Source: Eledone cirrhosa (Eukaryota). Taken from it: a stretch of 64,000 nt of DNA. The notes beneath the pieces were generated by a model. It was not told the origin of the DNA and did not search any database. It was given only the letters and a program-made list of their open reading frames with translations. Position 1 is the first letter of the stretch, and each line of letters starts with the position of its first letter. The stretch lies in the NCBI GenBank assembly GCA_964016885.1, contig OZ024740.1:208754001-208818000 (forward strand). The letters are read 5' to 3'. Below are positions 39,157-51,200 of the stretch, one piece after another. The position numbers and the translations under genes are program-made.

Positions 39157-40653
39157 AATTTAGCTTAGATTTAGGTGAGATTTAGATTAGATTTAGCTTA
39201 GATTTCGCTTTGATTTAGGGGAGATTTAGCTTATATTTAGCTTAGATTTAGGTGATATTTAGCTTATATTTTGATTAGATTTAGGGGAGATATAACCTCG
39301 ATTTACCTTAGATTTAGGTGAGATTTAGCTTATATTTAGCTTATATTTAAGTGAGATTTAGCTTAGATTTAGTTGACATTTAGCTCATATTTAGCTTAGA
39401 TTTAGGTGATATTTAGGTTATATTTAGCTTAGATTTAGGTGAGATTTAGCTTATATTTAGCTTAGATTTAGTTGAGATTTAGCTCACATTTAGCTTAGAT
39501 TTAGGTGAGATTTAGCTTCGATATTGCTTAGATTTAAGTGAAATTTAGCTTACATTTAGCTTCGATTTAAGTGTGATTTAGCTTATATTTAGCTCATAAT
39601 TAGGTGAGATTTAGCTTATATTTAACTTATATTTAGCTTATATTTAGGTGAGATTCAGTTTATTTTAGCTTAGAAATAGGTGAGATTTAGGTTATATTTA
39701 GCTTAGATTTAGGTGAGATTTAGCTTATATTTAGCTTAGATTTAGGTGAGATTTAGCTTGGATTTAGGTGACATTTAGCTTATGTTTGATTAGATTTAGT
39801 TGAGATTTAGCTTAGATTTAGCTTAGATATAGGTAAGATTTAGCTTATAATTAGCTTAGATTTAGCTTAGAGTTAGGTGAGATTTAACTTATATTTAGAT
39901 TTGATTTATGTGAAATTCATCTTCGATTAAGGTTATATTTAGCCTAGATTTAGTTGAGATTTAACTTATATATAGCTTATATTTAAGCTTTAGCTTATAA
40001 TTAACTTAGATTTAGCTTAGAGTTAGGTGCGATTTAGCTTCGATTTAGCTTAGATTTAGGTGAGATTTAGCTTACATTTAGCTTAGAATTAGGTGAGATT
40101 TAGCTTATGTTTAGCTTAGATTTAGGTGAGATTTAGCTTATATTTAGCTTAGATTTAGGTGAAATTTAGCTTATAATTAGCTTAGATTTAGCTTAGTGTT
40201 AGGTGAGATTTAGCTTATATTTAGCTTAGATTTAGGTGAGATTTAGCTTAGATTTAGGTTAGATTTAGCTGTGATTTATGTGAGATTTAGCTTATATTTA
40301 GCTTAGATTTAGGTGTGATTTATCTTAGATCTAGTTGAGATTTATCTTAGATTTAGCTTAGATTTAGCTTAGATTTAGGTGAGATTTAGCTCAGATTTAG
40401 CCTAGATTTAGGTGAGATTTAACTTATATATAGCTTATATTTAAGCTTTAGCTTATAATTAGCTTAGAGTTAGCTTAGAGTTAGGTGCGATTTAGCTTAG
40501 ATTTAGCTTAGATTTAGGTGAGATTTAGCTCATATTTATCTTACATTTAGGTGAGATGTAGCTTATATTTAACTTAGATTTAGATGTGATTTAGCTTATA
40601 TTTAGCTTAGATTTAGGTGAGACTTAGCTTATATTTAGCTTAGATATATGTGA
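39157..40653 (+). repeat. 11-bp satellite C, forward, left flank of the SINE
   Basis: 11-bp monomers continue up to ...tagatatatgtga. Confidence 0.95.
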
Positions 40654-40660
40654 AGGCGTG

Positions 40661-40671
40661 TGGCAGAGTGG
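40661..40671 (+). promoter_or_regulatory. RNA polymerase III type-2 A box
   Basis: TGGCAGAGTGG fits the TRGCNNARYGG consensus at every position. Confidence 0.85.
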
Positions 40672-40704
40672 TTAGACAATTGGATTCACAATCTTGAGGT
40701 TGTG

Positions 40705-40715
40705 AGTTCGATTCC
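40705..40715 (+). promoter_or_regulatory. RNA polymerase III type-2 B box
   Basis: AGTTCGATTCC fits RGTTCRANNCC and lies 33 nt after the A box. Confidence 0.85.
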
Positions 40716-40879
40716 TGAATCGGGCGATGCGTTATGTCCTTGAGCAAGACATTTTATTTTATTTCACGTTGCTCCTTCTACCTGGAGTTGCGACCGATAG
40801 ATAGTAATAGCAATTGGAAAGACCAACGGAAACATTGTTTCCTAGGTCCGATTTGACGAAAGTCGATCGATCCAAAAAA

Positions 40880-42017
40880 TAGGTGAGATTTAGCTTAGAT
40901 TTAGGTTAGATTTAACTTAGATTTAGGTGAGATTTAGCTAATATTTTGCTTAGATCTAGGTGTGATTTATCTTAGATTTAGTTGAGATTTATCTTAGATT
41001 TAGCTTAGATTTAGCTTAGATTTAGGTGAGATTTAGCTTAGATTTAGCCTTGATTTAGGTGAGATTAAACTTGGATTTAGGTAAGATTTAACTTATATTT
41101 AGCTTATATTTATGAGATTTAGCTTAGATTTATGTGAGATTTTGGTGTGTTTTGCTTTTATTTAGATTAGATTTAGGTGAGACTTAGCTTATATTTAGCT
41201 TAGATTTAGGTGAGATTTAGCTTAGATTCAGATTATATTTAACCTAGATTTAGGTGAGATTTAACTTATATTTAGCTTATATTTAAGTGAGATTTAGCTT
41301 AGATTTAGTTGAGATTTAGCTCATATTTAGCTTAGCTTTAGGTGAGATTTAGCTCAGATTTAGCTTAGATTTAGGTGAGATTTAACTTAGATTTAGCTTA
41401 GATTTAGGTGAGATTTAGCTCATATTTATCTTACATTTAGGTGAGATTTAGATTATATTTAGCTTAGATTTATGTGAGATTTAGCTTATATTAAGCTTAG
41501 ATTTAGGTGAGATTTAGCTTAGATTTAGATTAGATTTAGGTGAGATTTAGCTTACATTTAGCTTAGATTTAGGTATGACTGAGCTTATATCTAGCTTAGA
41601 TTTAGGTGAGACTTAGCTTATATTTATCTTAGATTTAGGTGAGATTTAGCTTAGATTTAGCTGAGATTTAGGTGAGATTTAGCTCATATTTAGGTGAGAT
41701 TTAGCTTATATTTAGCTTAGATTTAGCTTAGATTTAGGGGAGATTTAGTTTATATTTAGCTTATATTTATGTGAGATTTAGCTTGGATTTAGGTGAGATT
41801 TAGAACATATTTAGCTTAGAATTAGGTGAGATTTAGCTTATGTTTAGATTAGATTTAGGTGAGATTTAGGTTATATTTAGCTTAGATATAGGTAAGATTT
41901 AGCTTATAATTAGCTTAGATTTAGCTTAGAGTTAGGTCAGATTTAGCTTAGATTTAGCTTAGATATAGGTGAGATTTATCTTCGATTTAGCTTAGATTTA
42001 GGAGAGAATTAGCTTAG
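40880..42017 (+). repeat. 11-bp satellite C, forward, right flank of the SINE up to the gap
   Basis: The array resumes as taggtgagatttagcttag immediately after the A run. Confidence 0.95.
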
Positions 42018-42217
42018 NNNNNNNNNNNNNNNNNNNNNNNNNNNNNNNNNNNNNNNNNNNNNNNNNNNNNNNNNNNNNNNNNNNNNNNNNNNNNNNNNNN
42101 NNNNNNNNNNNNNNNNNNNNNNNNNNNNNNNNNNNNNNNNNNNNNNNNNNNNNNNNNNNNNNNNNNNNNNNNNNNNNNNNNNNNNNNNNNNNNNNNNNNN
42201 NNNNNNNNNNNNNNNNN
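42018..42217. other. Assembly gap (200 N)
   Basis: Exactly 200 N; the round number suggests a scaffolding placeholder of unknown true size. Confidence 0.99.
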
Positions 42218-45200
42218 TTTAGGTGAGATTTAGCTTATATTTAGCTTATAATTTGGTGAGATTTAGCTTATATTTAGCTTAGATATAGGTGAGATCTAAT
42301 TTATATTTAACTTAGATCTAGGTGACATTTAGCTTATATTTTGCTTTGATTTAGGTGAGATTTAGGTTCGATTTAGCTTAGATTTAAGTGCATTTAGCGT
42401 ATATTTATCTTATATTTATGTGAGATTAGCTTAGATTTAGGTGAGATTTAGCTCATATTTAGCTTAATTTATGTGAGATTTAGGCTTATATTTAGCTTAG
42501 ATTTAGGTGAGATTTAGCTTATATTTAGCTTATAGTTAAGTGAGATTTAGCTTAGTTTAGGTGAGATTTAGCTTATATTTAGCTACGATTTTGGTGAGAT
42601 TCAGCTTAGATTTAGCTTAGATTTATTTGAGATTTAGCTTAGATTTAGATTAGATTAAGTTTAGATTTAGGTGAGATTTAACCTATATTTAACTTAGATT
42701 TAGGTGACATTTAGCTTATAATTAGCTTAGATTTAGGTGAGATTTAGCTTAGTTTTATCTTAGATTTAGATGAGATTTAGCTTATAATTTAGCTCAGATT
42801 TAGGTGAGATTTAGCTTATATTTAGCTTAGATTTAGGGTGAGATTTAGCTTATATTTAGCTTATATTTAAGTGAGATTTAGCTTAGATTTAGGTGACATT
42901 TAGCTTAGATATAGGTGTGCTTTAGCTTAGAATTAGCCTAGATTTAGGTGAGATCTAACTTATATTTAGCTTATATTTAAGTGAGATTTAGCTTAGATTT
43001 AGGTGAGATTTAGCTTAGATTTAGGTGAGATTTAGCTTATATTTAGCTTAGAATTTGGTGAGATTTAGCTTATATTTAGCTTAGATTTAGGTGAGATTTA
43101 ATTTTATATTTAACTTAGATCTAGGTGACATTTAGCTATTATTTTGCTTAGATTTAGGTGAGATTTAGCTTCGATTTAGCTTCGATTTAAGTGAGATTTA
43201 GCTATATTTAGCTTATATTTATGTGAGATTTAGCTTAGATTTAGGTGAGATTTAGCTCATATTTAGCTCAGATTTTGGTGTGATTTAGCTGAGATTTAGC
43301 TTAGATTTAGGTGTGATTTATCTTAGATTTAGGTGAGATTTATCTTAGATTTAGCTTAGATTTAGCTTAGATTTAGGTGAGATTTAGCTTAGATTTAGAC
43401 TAGATTTAGGTGAGATTTATTTTACATTTAGCTTAAATTTAGGTGAGATTTAGCTTAGATTTAGCTTAGATTTAGGTGAGATTTAGCTTATATTTTGCTT
43501 ATATTTATGTGAGAGTTAGCTATATATTTAGGTGAGATTTATATTAGATTTAGCTTAGATTTAGCTTAGATTTAGGTTAGATTTAGCGTATATTCAGCCA
43601 AGATTTATGTGAGATTTAGCTTAGATTTAGCTTAGATTAAGCTTAGATTTAGGTGCGATTTAACTATATTTAACTTAGATTTAGGTGAGATTTAGCTTAT
43701 AATTAGCTTAGATTTAGGTGAGATTTACCTTAGTTTTATCTTAGATTTAAGATGAGATTTAGCTTATATTTAGCTCAGATTTAGGTGAGATTTAGCTTAT
43801 ATTTAGCTTAGATTTAGGTGAGATTTAACTTATATTTAGCTTATATTTAAGTGAGATTTAGCTTAGATTTAGGTGACATTTAGCTTAGATATAGGTGTGC
43901 TTAAGCTTAGAATTAGACTAGATTTAGGTGAGATTTAACTTATATTTAGCTTATATTTAAATGAGATTTAGCTTAGATTTAGGTGAGATTTAGCTTAGAT
44001 TTAGGTGAGCTTTAGCTTATATTTAGCTTAGATTTAGCTTAGATTTAGCTTATATTTAGCTTAGATTTAGCTTAGATTTAGGTGAGATTTAGCTTATATT
44101 TAGCTTATAATTTGGTGAGATTTAGCTTATATTTGCTTAGATTTAGGTGAGATTTAGCTTCGATTTAGCTTAGATTTAAGTGACATTTAGCTTATATTTA
44201 TCTTATATTTATGTGAGATTTAGCTTAGATTTAGGTGAGATTTAGCTCATATTTAGCTTACATTTATGTGAGATTTAGTTTATATTTAGCTTAGATTTAG
44301 GTGAGGTTTAGCTTATATTAGCTTATATTTAAGTGAGATTTAGCTTAGATTTAGGTGACATTTAGCTTAGATACTAGGTGTGCTTTAGCTTAGAATTAGC
44401 CTAGATTTAGGTGAGATTTAACTTATATTTAGCTTATATTTAAGTGAGATTTAGCTTAGATTTATGTGAGATTTAGCTTAGATTTAGATTAGATTAAGTT
44501 TAGATTTAGGTGAGATTTAACCTATATTTAACTTAGATTTAGGTGACATTTAGCTTATAATTAGCTTAGATTTAGGTGAGAATTAGCTTAGATTTTAGCT
44601 TAGATTTAGCTTAGATTTAGTGAGATTTAGCTATATTTAGCTTATAATTTGGTGAGATTTAGCTTATATTTAGCTTAGATATAGGTGAGATTTTAATTTA
44701 TATTTAACTTAGATCTAGGTGACATTTAGCTTATATTTTGCTTTGATTTAGGTGAGATTTTGGTTCGATTTAGCTTAGATTTAAGTGCATTTAGCTTATA
44801 TTTATCTTATATTTATGTGAGATTTAGCTTAGATTTAGGTGAGATTTAGCTCATATTTAGCTTACATTTATGTGAGATTTAGCTTATATTTAGCTTAGAT
44901 TTAGGTGAGATTTAGCTTATATTTAGCTTATATTTAAGTGAGATTTTAGCTTAGATTTAGGTGAGATTTAGCTGATATTTAGCTAAGATTTTGGTGAGAT
45001 TCAGCTTAGATTTAGCTTAGATTTATTTGAGATTTAGCTTAGATTTAGATTGGATTAATTTAGATTTAGGTGAGATTTAACCCTATATTTAACTTAGATT
45101 TAGGTGACATTTAGCTTATAATTAGCTTAGATTTAGGTGAGATTTAGCTTAGTTTTATCTTAGATTTAGATGAGATTTAGCTTATATTTAGCTCAGATTT

Positions 45201-48200
45201 AGGTGAGATTTAGCTTATATTTAGCTTAGATTTAGGTGAGATTTAGCTTATATTTAGCTTATATTTAAGTGAGATTTAGCTTAGATTTAGGTGACATTTA
45301 GTTTAGATATAGGTGTGCTTTAGCTTAGAATTAGCCTAGATTTAGGTGAGATCAAACTTATATTTAGCTTATATTTAAGTGAGATTTAGCTTAGATTTAG
45401 GTGAGATTTAGCTTAGATTTAGGTGAGATTTAGCTTATATTTAGCTTAGAATTTGGTGAGATTTAGCTTATATTTAGCTTAGATTTAGTGAGATTTAATT
45501 TTATATTTAACTTAGATCTAGGTGACATTTAGCTTATATTTTTGCTTAGATTTAGGTGAGATTTAGCTTCGATTTAGCTTCGATTTAAGTGAGATTTAGC
45601 TTATATTAGCTTATATTTATGTGAGATTTAGCTTAGATTTAGGTGAGATTTAGCTCATATTTAGCTCAGATTTTGGTGTGATTTAGCTGAGATTTAGCTT
45701 AGATTTAGGTGTGATTTATCTTAGATTTAGGTGAGATTTATCTTAGATTTAGCTTAGATTTAGCTTAGATTTAGGTGAGATTTAGCTTAGATTTAGCCTA
45801 GATTTAGGTGAGATTTAGCTCATATCTAGCTTAGATTTAGGTGAGATTTAGCTTATATTTTGCTTAGATTTAGGTGAGATTTAGCTCATATTTAGCTTAC
45901 ATTTAGGTGAGATTTAGCTTATATTTAGCTTAGATTTAGGTGACATTTAGCTTAGATTTAGATGAGCTTTATCTTACATTTAGCCTAGATTTAGGTGAGA
46001 TTTACTTATATTTAGCTTATATTTAAGTGAGATTTAGCTTAGATTTAGTTGAGCTTTATCTTATATTTAGGTGAGATTTAGCTTAGATTTAAGTGAGATT
46101 TAGCTTATATTTAGCTTAGAATTAGGTGAGATTTAATTATATTTTGCTTAGATTTAGGTTACGTTTAACTTATATTTTGCTTAGATTTAGGTGAGATTTA
46201 GCTTATAATTAGCTTAGATTTAGCTTAGAGTTTAGTGAGATTTAGCTTATATTTAGCTTAAATTTAGGTGAGATTTAGCTTAGATTTAGCTTAGATTTAG
46301 GTTAGATTTCGCTTAGATTTAGGTGAGATTTAGCTTAGATTTAGCTTAGATTAGGTGTGATTTATCTTAGATTTAGGTAAGATTTATCTTAGATATAACT
46401 TAGATTTAGCCTAGATTTAGGTGAGATTTAGCTTAGATTTAGTCTAGATTTAGGTGAGATTTAGTTATATTTAGCTTATATTTATGTGAGATTTAGCTTA
46501 GATTTAACGTAGAATTAGGTGAGATTTAGCTTATATTTAGCTTAGATTTAGGCGAGATTTAACTTAGATTTAGGTTAGATTTAGCTTAGATTAGGTAATA
46601 TTTAGCTTATGATTAGCTTAAATTTAGCTTAGATTTCGGTGAGATTTAGCTTATATTTAGCTTAGAGTTAGGTGAGATTTAGTTATATTTAGCTTAGATT
46701 TAGGTGACATATAGCTTATAATTTGCTTAGATTTAGGTGAGATTTAGCTTAGATTTAGCTTAGATTTAGCTTTGATTTAGGTGAGATTTAACCTATATTT
46801 AACTTAGATTTAGGTGAGATTTAGCTTATATTTAGCTTATATTTAGGTGAGACTTAGCTTAGATTTAGCTTAGATTTAGGTGAGATTTAGCTTAGATTTT
46901 GCTTAGATTTAGGTGAGATTTAGCTTATAATTAGCTTAGATTTAGCTTAGAGTTTGGTGAAATTTAGCTCATATTTAGCTTAGGTTTAGGTGAGATTTAG
47001 CTTAGATTTAGCTTAGATTTAGCTTAGATTTAGGTGAGATTTAGCCTATATTTAGCTTAGATTTAGGATTTAGGTGAGATTATTTTACATTTAGCTTAAT
47101 TAAGGTGAGATTTAGCTTAGATTTATCTTAGATTTAGGTGAATTTAGCTATATTTTGCTTATATTTATGTGAGAGTTAGCTTAGATTGAGGTTAGATTTA
47201 GCTTAGATTTAGGTGAGATTTAGCTTATATTTAGCTTAGATTTAGGTGTGATTTATATTAGATTTAGCTTAGATTTAGCTTAGATTTAGGTAAGATTTAG
47301 CGTATATTTAGCCTAGATTTATGTGAGATTTAGCTTAGATTTAGCTTAGATTAAGCTTAGATTTAGGTGCGATTAACCTATATTTAACTTAGATTTAGGT
47401 GAGATTTAGCTTATAATTAGCTTAGATTTAGGTGAGATTTACCTTAGTTTTATCTTAGATTTAGATGAGATTTAGCTTATATTTAGCTCAGATTTAGGTG
47501 AGATTTAGCTTATATTTAGCTTAGATTTAGGTGAGATTTAACTTATATTTAGCTTATATTTAAGTGAGATTTAGCTTAGATTTAGGTGACATTTAGCTTA
47601 GATATAGGTGGTGCTTAAGCTTAGAATTAGACTAGATTTAGGTGAGATTTAACTTATATTTAGCTTATATTTAAATGAGATTTAGCTTAGATTTAGGTGA
47701 GATTTAGCTTAGATTTAGGTGAGCTTTAGCTTATATTTAGCTTAGATTTAGCTTAGATTTAGGTAAGATTTAGCTTATATTTAGCTTATATTTGGTGAGA
47801 TTTAGCTTATATTTAGCTTAGATATAGGTGAGATTTAATTCATATTTACTTAGATCTAGGTGACATTTAGCTTATATTTTGCTTAGATTTAGGTGAGATT
47901 TAGCTCGATTTAGCTTAGGATTTAAGTGACATTTAGATTATATTTATCTTGTATTTATGTGAGATTTAGCTTAGATTTAGGTGAGATTTAGCTCATATTT
48001 AGCTTACATTTATGTGAGATTTAGTTTATATTTAGCTTAGATTTAGGTGAGGTTTAGCTTATATTTAGCTTATATTTAAGTGAGATTTAGCTTAGATTTA
48101 GGTGACATTTAGCTTAGATATAGGAGTGCTTAGCTTAGAATTAGCCTAGATTTAGGTGAGATTTAACTTATATTTAGCTTATATTAAGTGAGATTTAGCT

Positions 48201-51200
48201 TAGATTTATTGAGATTTAGCTTAGATTTAGATTAGATTAAGTTTAGATTTAGGTGAGATTTAACCTATATTTAACTTAGATTTAGGTGACATTTAGCTTA
48301 TAATTAGCTTAGATTTAGGTGAGATTTAGCTTAGATTTAGGTGAGATTTAGCCTATATTTAGCTTAGATTTAGGTGATATTTATCTTACATTTAGCTTAA
48401 ATTTAGGTGAGATTTAGCTTAGATTTAGCTTAGATTTAGGTGAGATTTAGCTTATATTTTGATTATATTTATGTGAGAGTTAGCTTAGATTTAGGTGAGA
48501 TTTAGCTCATATTTAGCTTATATTTAGGTGAGATTTAGCCTAGATTTAGGTTAGATTTAGCTTAGATTTAGGTGAGATTTAGCTTATACTTAGCTTAGAT
48601 TTAGGTGTGATTTATCTTAGATTTAGGTGAGATTTATATTAGATTTAGCTTAGATTTAGCTTAGATTTAGGTAAGATTTAGCTTATAATTAGCTTAGATT
48701 TAATTTAGATTTAGGTGAGACTTAGATTAGATTTAGCTTAGATTTAGGTGATATTTAACGAACGTTTAGCTTAAATTTAGGTGAGATTTAGATTAGATTT
48801 AGCTTAGAATTAGGTGAGATCTAGCTTATAATTAGCTTAGATTTAGGTTAGATTTAGTTTATATTTAGATTAGATTTAGGTGACATATAGCTTATATTTT
48901 GCTTAGATTTAGGTGAGATTTAGCTTAGATTTAGGTGAGATTTAGCTTAGATTTAGGTGAGCTTTAGCTTATATTTAGCTTAGATTTAGCTTAGATTTAG
49001 GTGATATTTAGCTCATATTTAGCTTACATTTATGTGAGATTTAGCTTATATTTAGCTTAGATTTAGGTGAGATTTAGCTTATATTTAGCTTATATTTAAG
49101 TGAGATTTAGCTTAGATTTAGGTGACATTTAGCTTAGATATAGGTGTGCTTTAGCTTAGAATTAGCCTAGATTTAGGTGAGATTTAGCTTATATATAGCT
49201 TATATTTAAGTGAGATTTAGCTTAGATTTAGGTGAGCTTTATCTTATATTTAGGTGAGATTTAGCTTAGATTTAAGTGAGATTTAGCTTATATTTAGCTT
49301 AGAATTAGGTGAGATTTAGCTTATATTTAGCTTAGATTTAGGTGAGATTTAATTTATATTTTGCTTAGATTTAGGTGACGTTTAGCTTATATTTTGCTTA
49401 GATTTAGGTGAGATTGAGCTAATAATTAGCTTAGATTTAGCTTAGAGTTTAGTGAGATTTAGCTTATATTTAGCTTAAATTTAGGTGAGATTTCGCTTAG
49501 ATTTAGCTTAGATTTAGGTTAGATTTAGCTTAGATTTAGGTGAGATTTAGCTTAGATGTAGCTTAGATTTACGTGTGATTTATCTTAGATTTAGGTAAGA
49601 TTTATCTTAGATATTACTTAGATTTAGCCTAGATTTAGGTGAGATTTAGCTTAGATTTAGTCTAGATTTAGGTGAGATTTAAGTTATATTTAGCTTATAT
49701 TTATGTGAGATTTAGCTTAGATTTAACGTAGAATTAGGTGAGATTTAGCTTATATTTAGCTTATATTTAAGTGAGATTTAGCTTAGATTTAGGTGACATT
49801 TAGCTTAGATATAGGTGTGCTTTAGCTTAGAATTAGCCTAGATTTAGGTGAGATTTAGCTTATATATAGCTTGTATTTAAGTGAGATTTAGCTTAGATTT
49901 AGGTGAGATTTAGCTTATATTTAGCTCAGATTTAGGTGAGATTTAGCTTATATTTAGCTTAGATTTAGGTGAGATTTAGCTTATATTTAGCTTATATTTA
50001 AGTGAGATTTAGATTAGATTTAGGTGACATTTAGCCTAGATTTAGGTGAGCTTTAGCTTATATTTAGCTTAGATTTAGCTTAGATTTAGGTGAGATTTAG
50101 CTTATATTTAGCTTATATTTAAGTGAGATTTAGCTTAGATTTAGGTGAGCTTTATCTTATATTTAGGTGAGATTTAGCTTAGATTTAAGTGAGATTTAGC
50201 TTATATTTAGCTTAGAATTAGGTGAGATTTAGCTTATATTTAGCTTAGATTTAGGTGAGATTTAATTTATATTTTGCTTAGATTTAGGTGACGTTTAGCT
50301 TATATTTTGCTTAGATTTAGGTGAGATTTAGCTTAGATTTAGCTTAGATTTAGGTTAGATTTAGTGAGATTTAGCTTATATTTAGCTTAAATTTAGGTGA
50401 GATTTAGCTTAGATTTAGCTTAGATTTAGGTTAGATTTAGCTTAGATTTAGGTGAGATTTAGCTTAGATTTAGCTTAGATTTACGTGAGATTTATCTTAG
50501 ATTTAGGTAAGATTTATCTTAGATATAACTTAGATTTAGCCTAGATTTAGGTGAGATTTAGCTTAGATTTAGTCTAGATTTAGGTGAGATTTAAGTTATA
50601 TTTAGCTTATATTTATGTGAGATTTAGCTTAGATTTAACGTAGAATTAGGTGAGATTTAGCTTATATTTAGCTTAGATTTAGGCGAGATTTAACTTAGAT
50701 TTAGGTTAGATTTAGCTTAGATTTAGGTAATATTTAGCTTATGATTAGCTTAAATTTAGCTTAGATTTCGGTGAGATTTAGCTTATATTTAGCTTAGATT
50801 TAGGTGAGATTTAGTTTATATTTAGCTTAGATTTAGGTGACATATAGCTTATATTTTGCTTAGATTTAGGTGAGATTTAGCTTATAATTAGCTTAGATTT
50901 AGCTTAGAGTTTGGTGAAATTTAGCTTATATTTAGCTTAGGTTTAGGTGAGATTTAGCTTAGATTTAGCTTAGATTTAGCTTAGATTTAGGTGAGATTTA
51001 GCCTATCTTTAGCTTAGATATAGGTGAGATTTATTTTACATTTAGCTTAAATTTAGGTGAGATTTAGCTTAGATTTAGCTTAGTTTTAGGTGAGATTTAG
51101 CTTATATTTTGCTTATATTTATGTGAGAGTTAGCTTAGATTTAGGTGAGATTTAGCTCATATTTAGCTTATATTTAGGTGAGATTTAGCTTAGATTTAGG

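Larger units (their letters stand above)
40654..40879 (+). mobile_element. tRNA-derived SINE-like retroposon (CORE-SINE-like), inserted in the satellite
   Basis: The only non-repetitive sequence in the window. It has an A box TGGCAGAGTGG (40661-40671) and a B box GTTCGATTCC (40706-40715) at tRNA-like spacing. TGTCCTTGAGCAAGACA (40735-40751) resembles the MIR/CORE motif TGACCTTGGGCAAGTCA. It ends in A6 (40874-40879) and has a candidate TSD, ATATGTGA/ATAGGTGA. The 5' end may extend to ~40650. Confidence 0.88.

Noticed and set aside
40654-40730. Functional tRNA gene (possible CAC anticodon loop TTCACAA)
   Set aside because: The T-stem (GTGAG/CCTGA) and acceptor stem do not pair, the anticodon stem is weak, and the sequence continues into a CORE-like SINE body.
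40790-40870. Hammerhead ribozyme in the SINE tail
   Set aside because: A three-way junction and GAAA motifs are possible, but the CUGANGA core is absent in the required position on both strands.
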